The translations under genes and the position numbers were made by a program. The notes under the pieces are model-generated. The model was not told the origin of the DNA and did no database searches. It worked only from the letters and a program-made list of their open reading frames with translations. A stretch of DNA of 32,000 nucleotides, from positions 21,117 to 53,116 of the forward strand of contig CAZMMV010000002.1 of the NCBI GenBank assembly GCA_964567475.1, read 5' to 3'. Source of the DNA: an uncultured Tissierellaceae bacterium. Its GTDB lineage: Bacteria; Bacillota; Clostridia; Tissierellales; Tissierellaceae. Below, one piece after another: positions 18,651 to 27,045 of this stretch; the stretch's first letter is position 1, and each line of letters begins with the position of its first letter.

Positions 18651-18712
18651 AAAAAAATATCTTCACAGTTATTAGTATTGTCTATAATCTCATCTATAAC
18701 CGTTGAAGATAC
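18651..18712 (-). terminator. strong intrinsic terminator in the region upstream of mobB (attenuator or sRNA 3' end)
   Basis: The minus-strand RNA reads UAUCUUCA-A-CGGUUAU, a 23-nt loop, then AUAACUG-UGAAGAUA. That gives 15 bp with one bulged A, followed by U7. There is no minus-strand CDS upstream of it. Confidence 0.6.
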
Positions 18713-18757
18713 AAAAAGCAAATAAATTTATACAGATCCGATAATTGTAATATCTTC

Positions 18758-18766
18758 ATTATACCA
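18758..18766 (-). promoter_or_regulatory. extended -10 promoter element (TGGTATAAT)
   Basis: TGnTATAAT on the minus strand, ~100 nt upstream of the U-tract of the 18651-18712 terminator. The -35 is weak. Confidence 0.45.
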
Positions 18767-18828
18767 AAGGTTAGGGTAAATTAAAAGGATTTACACAAAA
18801 TAAATTTAATAGTTTTTTATTATTAAAT

Positions 18829-18857
18829 TTGATATATATATATATGTATTATATAAT
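18829..18857 (+). promoter_or_regulatory. consensus sigma-A promoter for the ferritin-like gene and fdhA
   Basis: TTGATA-17 nt-TATAAT, ~45 nt upstream of the ATG at 18905. The spacer contains a (TA)7 tract. Confidence 0.6.
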
Positions 18858-18904
18858 ATTACTAATATTCAGATTAAGATTAAAGCACATTTAGGAGGTA
18901 TTTT

Positions 18905-19360
18905 ATGAAGAACAATGAACTCAAAGATATAATTGAGCTTGCTATTACGCAGGAAACTGAATCCTATGAATTTTATATGAATGCTGAAAAAAAAGTTAAA
19001 TCCGAAAGCCTAAAAGACTTATTTAAAGAATTATCTGAAGAAGAATTAAAACATAGAAATTTTTTAAGCAATTTCTTGGAAAGTGATATGGAAGAAATAA
19101 AGTTAAATGAATTTAGTGACTACAAAATATCAGAAACAATAGACAAACCAGTTTTAAGTGTAGAAATGGATTTCTCAGATGCAATTGCACTGGCTATTAA
19201 AAATGAAGAAGAAGCTATGAATATGTATGATCAATTAGCCACAGCTTGCATAGATGAAAAAGAAAAGAATCTTTTCCTAGGATTAAAAAACATGGAAAAG
19301 ATGCATAAGACTAGATTAGAAGAAATTTATGTTAATGTTGCCTTTGGAGAAGTTTGGTAA
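18905..19360 (+). CDS. ferritin-like / rubrerythrin-family diiron four-helix-bundle protein (no rubredoxin domain)
   Basis: Two E...ExxH half-sites (ETESYE...EEELKH and NEEEAM...MEKMH). AGGAGG RBS. Only 23 nt upstream of fdhA. Confidence 0.7.
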   Translation: MKNNELKDIIELAITQETESYEFYMNAEKKVKSESLKDLFKELSEEELKHRNFLSNFLESDMEEIKLNEFSDYKISETIDKPVLSVEMDFSDAIALAIKNEEEAMNMYDQLATACIDEKEKNLFLGLKNMEKMHKTRLEEIYVNVAFGEVW

Positions 19361-19383
19361 TATAAAGAAAGAAGGTTGGATTT

Positions 19384-22080
19384 ATGATTAATTTTATCAT
19401 GAACGGCAAAAAAATAACCGTTGAAAAAGGTAAGACAATTCTACAAGCTGCAAGGGATAATGATATAGATATCCCAACACTTTGCTATGATGAAAATCTA
19501 TCAGTTTTTGGTGGATGTAGATTGTGTATTGTTGAAGTAGAAGGTTCAAAGAAATTAGTTGCATCATGTGCTACTAAGGCTAAAGAAGGAATGGTTATAC
19601 ACACAGAGTCTGCAAAAGTAGTTAAAACTCGTAAAGATATAATCGGATTGCTACTATCTAATCATCCTGTTGATTGTTTGACTTGCGATAAGGTTGGTAA
19701 CTGTGATTTGCAGGACCTAGCATATAAATATGGAGTTAGGGGCCCTACTTTTAAAGGGGAAGTTAAGAATTATACTATAGATAATTTTAATCCTGTAATG
19801 GAAAGAGATCAGAGTAAATGTATATTATGTGGAAAATGCGTCAGAGTTTGTGCTGAAGTTCAAGTTACTAATGCTATTGACTTTATTGGTAGGGGTTTTG
19901 ATTCTAAAATTGCTACTGGTTTTGACTCTCCAATAGATCGTGACAATTGTAGACTATGCGGTCAATGTATAAGCGTATGTCCAACTGGAGCAATAACAAA
20001 TAAACAACTTAAAGGTGTCAGACCTTGGGAAGTTGAAAAAGTAACTACTACTTGTCCTTTCTGTGGAGTTGGATGTAACTTTGATTTAAATGTAAAAGAT
20101 GGCAAAATAGTTGGAGTTACTCCAAATGAAGATTCTGAAGTAAATGGTACTTCTATATGTGTTAAGGGAAGATATCATACTGATTTTATATATAGTCCAA
20201 ATAGAATAACTACACCATTAATTAAAAGAAATGGTAAATTTGAAGAAACTACTTGGGAAGTAGCTATAAATGAAGTAGTTAAAAATTTAAAAGATGCAAA
20301 AGAAAAGTTTGGTCCAGACTCTATAGCTGGCCTAAGCTCCGCACGCACTACTAATGAGGATAACTTTGTTTTCCAAAAAATGATGAGAGCTGCCATAGGT
20401 ACCCACAATGTTGATCACTGTGCCAGAACCTGACATGCTCCTACAGTTGCAGGACTTGCAGCTACGTTAGGAAGTGGAGCTATGACAAATTCAGTTTCTG
20501 AAATTGAAGGAAATGATGTCTTGTTTATAATAGGTTCAAATACTACAGAAGCACATCCTATTATAGGAAACAAAATGAAAAAAGCAGCAAAAAATGGTTC
20601 AAAACTTATTGTTATTGATCCAAGATATACAGAGATTGCTGAGTTCTCTACTCTTTGGTTACCCTTAAAATCTGGTACAGATACAGCCTTAATTAATGGC
20701 TTACTTCATATAATTATTAAAGAAGGTTGGGAAGATAAAGAGTTTATAGAAAAACGTTGTACAAATTATGATAGTATTTTAGAAATAATAGAAAGATATC
20801 CACCAGATGTAGTAACAGAAATAACTGGAATATCAGAAGAACTTTTATATAAAACTGCTAAATTATATGCTAATACAGAAAAGGCGGGTATTTATTATAC
20901 ACTAGGTATTACCGAACACACTACAGGTACAGCTAATGTTATGAATTTAGCAAATCTTGCCATGGTAACTGGCCACTTAGGAATAGAAAATTCAGGTATA
21001 AATCCCCTACGTGGACAAAATAATGTTCAAGGTGCTTGCGATATGGGTGCTCTACCTAATACTTTCCCTGGCTATTACAATGTTGCAGATGAAAAAAGCT
21101 TAGAACTATTTGAAGAACATTGGGGAGTAGAAATGAGCAGAACAACTGGTCTTAGAATACCAGAAATGCTAGAAGAAGCTGTTGCTGGAAATGTAAAAGC
21201 TATGTATATAATGGGTGAAGATCCAGTTCTTACAGATCCTGATGCAAATCATGTAAAGAAAGCCTTAGATAATTTAGACTTTTTAGTTGTTCAAGACTTA
21301 TTTTTAACTGAAACAGCTAAAAGAGCTGATGTTTTCTTACCTGCATCATGCTATGCAGAAAAAGATGGTACTTTTACTAATAGTGAACGACGAGTTCAAA
21401 GAGTTAGAAAGGCTGTAAATCCACCAGGACTTGCGAGAACAGATTTAGATATTTTATCTGAAGTATCTACTAAACTAGGCGGAAAAGGTTTTGACTATAA
21501 AAATGCTGAAGAAGTATTTGAAGAAATAAGAAAAACTACTCCAAGTTATAGAGGTATTACTTATAAAAGAATTGAAAAGAAAGGTTTACAATGGCCTTGT
21601 CCAACTATAGAACATCCAGGTACTCTTTATCTTCACAAGGGTATATTCCCTAGAGGTAAGGGATATATGATACCTATAGAATATGAAGGTCCAGCAGAAC
21701 TTGTAAACGAAGAATATCCTATTCTTATGACTACTGGTAGGATGCTATATCATTATAATGTAATGACTGTAAATTCTAAGAGTTTAAATGATATAAGACC
21801 ATATGAACTTGCAGAAATAAATCCTGAAGATGCTAGAAAACTGGATTTAAAAGAAGAAGATATTATGAGAGTAACTTCAAGACGTGGTTCCATATTAACA
21901 AGGGTTACCATAACTGATAGAGTTTCTCCTGGACTTATCTTTATGACATTCCATTATAAGGAATCTCCAGTAAATGAGTTAACAAACTCAGCTTATGATC
22001 CAATCACTCAAACAGCTGAATACAAAGTATCTGCTGTTAAATTAGAAAAGCTAACAGATTTAGAAAATATAAGTATATAA
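19384..22080 (+). CDS. fdhA: formate dehydrogenase alpha subunit, selenocysteine-containing (TGA at 20431-20433 read as Sec), with N-terminal 2Fe-2S/4Fe-4S domains
   Basis: ORFs 19384-20433 and 20482-22080 are in the same frame and are interrupted only by a TGA. The context VDHCART-U-HAPTVAGL matches the FdhH-type active site (CARVUHGPSVAG). The N-terminus carries NuoG-like Fe-S motifs, and the C-terminus has the molybdopterin oxidoreductase and dinucleotide-binding domains. Confidence 0.9.
20431..20471 (+). other. Sec codon plus SECIS-like stem-loop
   Basis: UGA, then an 11-nt spacer, then the upper stem AGUUGCA/UGCAGCU with a GGACU loop (20445-20463). A lower stem CCUA/UAGG spans 20440-20471. 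Confidence 0.6.
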
Positions 22081-22088
22081 CTTAAAAA

Positions 22089-22124
22089 GGCCCTTTTCTG
22101 AAAATCAGAAAGGGACCTTTTTTT
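22089..22124. terminator. bidirectional terminator between fdhA and moaC
   Basis: A5, then GGCCCTTTTCTGA-AAA-TCAGAAAGGGACC (one bulge), then T8. The T-run overlaps the moaC stop codon. Confidence 0.7.
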
Positions 22125-22593
22125 ATATATTTTCTATTATATCTCCAGATTTACCACCTGTCTTTTTAATCAGTCTTACATCTTCTATTAGCATCTTTTT
22201 ATCTATTGCCTTACACATGTCATATATGGTTAAACAAGCTAAAGAAACAGCAGTTAAAGCTTCCATTTCCACACCAGTTTTACCAAATGTACTTACTTCT
22301 GCCTCTACTTCTATCCCATCATTTAATATATTAAATCTAATATCTGACCCAGTTAAAAATATATTATGACACATGGGAATCAAGTCACTAGTCTTTTTAG
22401 CAGCCATTATACCTCCTACTTGAGCAACAGAAAGTACATCTCCTTTTTTTATTAAACCCTGTCTTATTTTTTCAACCGTTTCTAATTTCATAGTAATTTT
22501 ACCTCTAGCAATAGCAAGTCTTTTTGTATCTCCTTTTTCTCCTACATTTACCATATGAGCCCGGCCTTCTTCATTAAAGTGAGTAAAATCCAT
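22123..22593 (-). CDS. moaC: cyclic pyranopterin monophosphate synthase MoaC
   Basis: 156 aa with MoaC motifs ([23 protein letters not shown]). Confidence 0.92.
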   Translation of the reverse strand: MDFTHFNEEGRAHMVNVGEKGDTKRLAIARGKITMKLETVEKIRQGLIKKGDVLSVAQVGGIMAAKKTSDLIPMCHNIFLTGSDIRFNILNDGIEVEAEVSTFGKTGVEMEALTAVSLACLTIYDMCKAIDKKMLIEDVRLIKKTGGKSGDIIENI

Positions 22594-22595
22594 CC

Positions 22596-23552
22596 TTATC
22601 CCCCTATCTCATTCATATCTTTATTTATATATTTACCTTCTTCTAAGTTGTGAGATTCTTCTTTTTCCTCTATAGACTTAAGTATTAACTTTGTCATATC
22701 CTCTCCACTTCTCAAAGCCTTCTTCAAATCTACTTCTCTATTTGAATGAAGACAAAGTTTTAAAGCTCCATTAGAGGTAAGTCTAACCCTATTGCAATTT
22801 TCACAAAACTTGCAAGATATAGGATTTATTATACCAACCTTCCCCTTGCCATTAGGTAATTTATAATAAACTGCAGGAGAAGATATATCTTCTCTAGAAA
22901 CTGCTTTTAATTCTTTCAGCTCTTGCAAAATCACATCATTAGATAAAAACTTTTCCTTTGCCCAATGAGCAATATGACCAATTGGCATTAATTCAATAAA
23001 TCTTAAATCTATTTTTTCTCTTTCTGTTATCCTTGCTAAGGACCCTATTTCATCATCATTAAATCCTCCTATTAATACTGTATTTATTTTAATAGGAGTC
23101 AATCCTACTCTTTTTGCTTCTTCTATACCTTCAAGTACATCTTTTAAATTTCCACCTCGAGTTATCTCTTTGTATTTATTTTCGTCCAATGTATCCAAAC
23201 TAATATTTACCCTATTAAGACCTGCATTTTTTAAATCCTCAGCCATATCCTTTAACAAAATACCATTAGTAGTCATAGCTAAATCCTTTACCCCTTTTAA
23301 TTCTGATACTTTAGATATTAAATCTACAATACCATACCGTACTAAAGGCTCTCCTCCAGTAAACCTTATTTTATCTATCCCTAAATCTACAAATATCTTA
23401 GTTATTTCATATACTTCCTCTAGACTCAACATATCTTCATGTAAAAACTTATTTATTCCTTTTTCAGGCATACAATATTTGCATCTTAAATTACATCTAT
23501 CTGTTAATGAAATTCTAAGATAATTTATTTTTCTACCAAAAGAGTCTTTCAT
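22596..23552 (-). CDS. moaA: GTP 3',8-cyclase MoaA (radical SAM)
   Basis: CNLRCKYC radical-SAM cluster, a C-terminal CxxCxxxxxxxxxxxxxC cluster ([21 protein letters not shown]) and a GG tail. Confidence 0.92.
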   Translation of the reverse strand: MKDSFGRKINYLRISLTDRCNLRCKYCMPEKGINKFLHEDMLSLEEVYEITKIFVDLGIDKIRFTGGEPLVRYGIVDLISKVSELKGVKDLAMTTNGILLKDMAEDLKNAGLNRVNISLDTLDENKYKEITRGGNLKDVLEGIEEAKRVGLTPIKINTVLIGGFNDDEIGSLARITEREKIDLRFIELMPIGHIAHWAKEKFLSNDVILQELKELKAVSREDISSPAVYYKLPNGKGKVGIINPISCKFCENCNRVRLTSNGALKLCLHSNREVDLKKALRSGEDMTKLILKSIEEKEESHNLEEGKYINKDMNEIGG

Positions 23553-23599
23553 CTACTCACCTTTTCAAATACATTTTTTAATCAGCTTGTATATTATTC

Positions 23600-24832
23600 T
23601 TATCTAACTTCTAATAAATCTAAAAGTTCTATTTCTACCTTATCTCCACTTCTATAAGGTCCTTTTCCAGCCTTTACAAAAAATAATGAATTTGTATTGG
23701 ATAAACTTGATAATACACCAGAACTATGTTTGCTTGGTAATTCTGTAAAAACCTGACCATCTTCATAATAAGTTCTTCCTCTAACATATCTATTTTGCTT
23801 ACTTACCTTTGTAAAGTCGTTTTTAAGAATTGAACTTAACTTTTTCAAACTATAATCCTTGTTTCCTCTTAATCTCTTAATTATAGGTCTTACAAACAAC
23901 TCAAAAGTCATATATGCAGCAGCTGGATTTCCTGAAAGTCCAAATAAAAGCTTATCTTTGTATTTTGCAACTGCTATAGGAGTTCCTGGTTTCATATTTA
24001 CTCTCCAAAATAAAATATCTCCACCAAGTTCTTGAAATGCTTCCTTTACAAGGTCTGCATCACCTACAGAAACTCCTCCTGTAGTTATAATCATATCTAC
24101 ATCTTCTATAGAATCTTTTAACTTTTCCTTTATAAAATCTATATCATCTCTAGAAATACCCAACATAATAGCCTGTCCACCTAATTTTTCAACTGCAGCA
24201 GCAATTGTATAGGAATTACTATTTCTTATTTTGCCATTTTTAATTTCTTCTTCTATATTTACTAATTCATCTCCTGTGGCCAATATACCAACTCTTGGTT
24301 TTTTATATACTTTTACATTCTTTTTGCCTAAAGTAGCTAGTATCCCTATATCTGCAACTCCCAAAGTTTTACCCTTTTTTAAAATTATATCACCAAACTC
24401 TATATCTTCTCCAGCTTTAACTATATTTGAATTAGCTACAAAAGAATTATATATTTTTACTTCTTCATCTGTAAAGTCTGTAATCTCATACATTATAATA
24501 ACATCTGCACCTTGTGGAATTTTAGCTCCTGTCATTATTCTAATAGCTTGGCCCTTTCCCACTTTTTTATCACTCACATATCCTGCTGCAATTGAGTCTA
24601 TAACTTCTAATCTTATAGGATTTTCCTTACTTGCATTTACTATATCTACAGATCTTACTGCATATCCATCAAGTGGCGATCTATCAAATGGCGGCATATT
24701 AATATCCGAAATTATATCTTCTGCCAGTATATACCCCAAACCTTCCGAAATCGGAATATCTATTAATTTTATATTTAAATTTTGTTTTAATAATATTTGT
24801 TTTGCCTCTTCTATTGCAATTCTTTCTAACAT
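23600..24832 (-). CDS. moeA: molybdopterin molybdenumtransferase MoeA
   Basis: 410 aa with MoeA motifs (PPFDRSPLDGYAV, ATGDEL, TTGGVSVGD, GNPAAA). Confidence 0.9.
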   Translation of the reverse strand: MLERIAIEEAKQILLKQNLNIKLIDIPISEGLGYILAEDIISDINMPPFDRSPLDGYAVRSVDIVNASKENPIRLEVIDSIAAGYVSDKKVGKGQAIRIMTGAKIPQGADVIIMYEITDFTDEEVKIYNSFVANSNIVKAGEDIEFGDIILKKGKTLGVADIGILATLGKKNVKVYKKPRVGILATGDELVNIEEEIKNGKIRNSNSYTIAAAVEKLGGQAIMLGISRDDIDFIKEKLKDSIEDVDMIITTGGVSVGDADLVKEAFQELGGDILFWRVNMKPGTPIAVAKYKDKLLFGLSGNPAAAYMTFELFVRPIIKRLRGNKDYSLKKLSSILKNDFTKVSKQNRYVRGRTYYEDGQVFTELPSKHSSGVLSSLSNTNSLFFVKAGKGPYRSGDKVEIELLDLLEVR

Positions 24833-24945
24833 ATCGTCTCTCCTTTACATTGCTACTTTATTTATTCTAGTTATATGTGAATATATATTATATTCTCAAA
24901 ATTAACAAGTTCTACCTAAGCATTACAATATTAACTATAGATTAA

Positions 24946-24990
24946 AATAAGTATCAAAAATGGTGCCAGGCACCATTTTTGATACTTATT
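24946..24990. repeat. 45-bp perfect palindrome, copy 3 (arms extend to 24943-24993)
   Basis: Same 45-mer with central base A. The complementarity extends 3 nt on each side, so the mobA stop codon (24991-24993) lies inside the extended arm. It sits between mobA and moeA. Confidence 0.9.
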
Positions 24991-25605
24991 TTACTTATTT
25001 AGGTATTTATTTAAATCTTCCTTATTGTTAAGATTTAAAAACATATCTAAACTATTAGTATAGTCTTTTGCTTTATCTTCTTCTATATAATTTACTTTTA
25101 GAGTCTTTAAAAATCTATATATAGCCCTTTTATTTTCTAATAAATACTTTTCAATTTTACCTGTTATATTCTTAGAATAAAATCCATAAAGAGGTTCTAT
25201 ACCATCCTTGTGTTTTGTTATACAGGCTTCCACATCATCACTATTTATACTCTCTTTCATATATCTTATATAATCAATATTTATATTTGGCATATCGCAC
25301 CCAATTACAAAAGCATATTTAGATTTAGATTCTGTAAGTCCTGCATGTATACCACTCAATGGTCCCATGCCTACTATTTTATCTGTAATTATCTTATGAT
25401 TGAACCCTATATACTCTTCAGGTTTATTTGTAACTATAATTATTTCATCAAACTCTTCTTCTAGATCTTCAACAACTATATTCATAAGTCTTTTTTGATT
25501 AACTTCTAAGAATTGTTTATCAAATCCCATTCTAGAACTTTTACCACCTGCCAGTATTATCCCTGTACCAAACTTTGCTGTAGAACTATTTTCTAGCACA
25601 GTCAT
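24991..25605 (-). CDS. mobA: molybdenum cofactor guanylyltransferase MobA
   Basis: N-terminal GIILAGGKSSRMG nucleotide-binding motif and a MobA-like fold pattern. Overlaps mog by 20 nt. Confidence 0.88.
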   Translation of the reverse strand: MTVLENSSTAKFGTGIILAGGKSSRMGFDKQFLEVNQKRLMNIVVEDLEEEFDEIIIVTNKPEEYIGFNHKIITDKIVGMGPLSGIHAGLTESKSKYAFVIGCDMPNINIDYIRYMKESINSDDVEACITKHKDGIEPLYGFYSKNITGKIEKYLLENKRAIYRFLKTLKVNYIEEDKAKDYTNSLDMFLNLNNKEDLNKYLNK

Positions 25606-26086
25606 GAGCCCTTCCTGTTAATATTTCTAAACCATGGTCTATACTGTCTATTATATAAGTTAAAGACTCCTCTACTGCCTTTGGACTACCAGGTAGGTTT
25701 ATTATCAATGTACTATTTCTAATTCCTGACACTGCCCTAGATAGCATGGCCCTTGGTGTAATACTAAGACTATAGCTTCTTATGGCTTCAGATATTCCAT
25801 TAGCCATTCTATGACAAGCCCTTATAGTCGCTTCTGGAGTTACATCTCTTGGACTAAAACCAGTACCTCCAGTTGTTAGTATTAAATCAACTTTTTCATC
25901 GTCTGCCATATAAAGCAATGTATTATAAATGGAATCTTCATCATCTGGGATTATCCTTTTTACTTTTACTTTATATCCTTTAGCCTCTACTATACTTTTT
26001 ATGAGCTCTCCTGATTTGTCTACTCTTTCTCCAATAGAAGCCTTATCACTTGCTGTAATTATGCCTACTTCAAACATTTTACTCAC
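25586..26086 (-). CDS. mog: molybdopterin adenylyltransferase (Mog/MoaB family)
   Basis: ITASDKAS, TTGGTGFSPRDVTPEAT and INLPGSPKA motifs. The start is only 8 nt after the stop of the upstream Fe-S gene, and its RBS overlaps that stop. Confidence 0.88.
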   Translation of the reverse strand: MSKMFEVGIITASDKASIGERVDKSGELIKSIVEAKGYKVKVKRIIPDDEDSIYNTLLYMADDEKVDLILTTGGTGFSPRDVTPEATIRACHRMANGISEAIRSYSLSITPRAMLSRAVSGIRNSTLIINLPGSPKAVEESLTYIIDSIDHGLEILTGRAHDCARK

Positions 26087-26094
26087 CTTTTATA

Positions 26095-27030
26095 TTAAAC
26101 TTCTTCTATTTTTTCTATCTTTTCTATTAACTCAGCTATACCTAGAGTCTTTGCCCATGTTGAAGGAACAAATTCCCCACCAATTTTTCTATATGGCTGA
26201 TCTGGATTGTCTAAATATTTTAGCTCTGTAGTCAATCTACCTTGAAGACATAGTGGTCTTCCATTAGCTGGCTCTTTTGCCCTTACTGCTATATTTTTAC
26301 CCTTTTTAGACAATACTTCAAATTCACATCCATATGCACAAGAATCACAGTTTACAGTTTTTGAATCTGCTTCCCACACTCTTGATTTTCCAAGTTCTCG
26401 CTTGTCTATCAATGCTCCAACTGGACATACAGAAACACATCTATTACAAGATACACATTTTGATGATTCAAATGTATCATCCGCATCTAATACTACTCTA
26501 GTTTCATATCCTCTACCAGCAAAAGATAATACTTCTCTTTCATCTTTTATCTCTGCACAAGTTCTCACACATTTACCACAAAGTATACATTTACTATCAT
26601 CCTTTAATATATAAGGACTTGAAGTATCTACAAATTTTGGTCTCACTGCTCCATCATGTTCCCTAAATCTTACACCATATCTATAAGCATACTCTTGAAG
26701 CAAGCACTTACCTGCCTTGTGACAAGTCAAACAGTCATTTGGATGACTATCTAATAATAATTGTAAAATATCTCTTCTTACTTTTACTACCCTATCAGAT
26801 TCAGTGCTTACTATCATTCCATCTTTCACCTTTGTAGAACATGATGTTTGAAGTTTTTTACTACCTTCTATTTCTACTACACACAATCTACAAGCAGATA
26901 CTAATTCTAAATTTGAATCATAGCAAAGAGCTGGAATATCTATACCTATTGTTTGGGCTGCTTTTAAAACTGTATATTCTTTAGGTACTGTTACTTCTTT
27001 ACCATCTATGGTTAAAGTTACATCACTCAT
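26095..27030 (-). CDS. NuoG-N-terminal-like Fe-S subunit (HylA/HndD-N-like; 2Fe-2S, His-ligated 4Fe-4S, 2x 4Fe-4S and Mo-type 4Fe-4S domain only)
   Basis: 311 aa, colinear with and roughly 40-45% identical by eye to residues 1-~300 of the fdhA product (CYDSNLELVSACRLC, HPNDCLTCHKAGKC, CILCGKCVRTC, CVSCNRCVSVCP, CDSCAYGC). It ends exactly where the FdhA catalytic domains begin. AAAGGAG RBS. Confidence 0.8.
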   Translation of the reverse strand: MSDVTLTIDGKEVTVPKEYTVLKAAQTIGIDIPALCYDSNLELVSACRLCVVEIEGSKKLQTSCSTKVKDGMIVSTESDRVVKVRRDILQLLLDSHPNDCLTCHKAGKCLLQEYAYRYGVRFREHDGAVRPKFVDTSSPYILKDDSKCILCGKCVRTCAEIKDEREVLSFAGRGYETRVVLDADDTFESSKCVSCNRCVSVCPVGALIDKRELGKSRVWEADSKTVNCDSCAYGCEFEVLSKKGKNIAVRAKEPANGRPLCLQGRLTTELKYLDNPDQPYRKIGGEFVPSTWAKTLGIAELIEKIEKIEEV

Positions 27031-27045
27031 ATTCTTTGCTCCTTT

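Noticed and set aside
18573-18904. Searched for a Moco riboswitch upstream of mobB and fdhA, and also at 24833-24945 (moeA) and 29437-29690 (the nuoE-like operon).
   Set aside because: These regions are extremely AT-rich, and I could not recognise the conserved GC-containing helices of the Moco RNA motif. From memory alone this is not decisive, and an Rfam/Infernal scan would settle it.
19384-22080. fdhA read as two separate genes or a nonsense-mutated pseudogene.
   Set aside because: Both parts share one frame, the single TGA is at the conserved Sec/Cys active-site position, and a SECIS-like hairpin follows it.
24231-24905. Long antisense ORFs: 224 aa antisense to moeA, 171 aa at 6965-7480 antisense to the permease, 129 aa at 16227-16616, 117 aa at 23170-23523, and the other + or - shadow ORFs in the track.
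   Set aside because: Their translations are low-complexity and rich in S, I, F, L and P. They lack RBS or start context and lie fully within well-supported genes on the opposite strand. This is the typical shadow-frame artefact of AT-rich coding sequence.
26095-27030. The 311-aa NuoG-like ORF read as a truncated second fdhA pseudogene.
   Set aside because: All cluster-binding cysteines are intact and it has a good RBS. It ends cleanly at a domain boundary, and mog follows after 8 nt, leaving no decayed catalytic-domain remnant. It reads as a genuine stand-alone Fe-S subunit.
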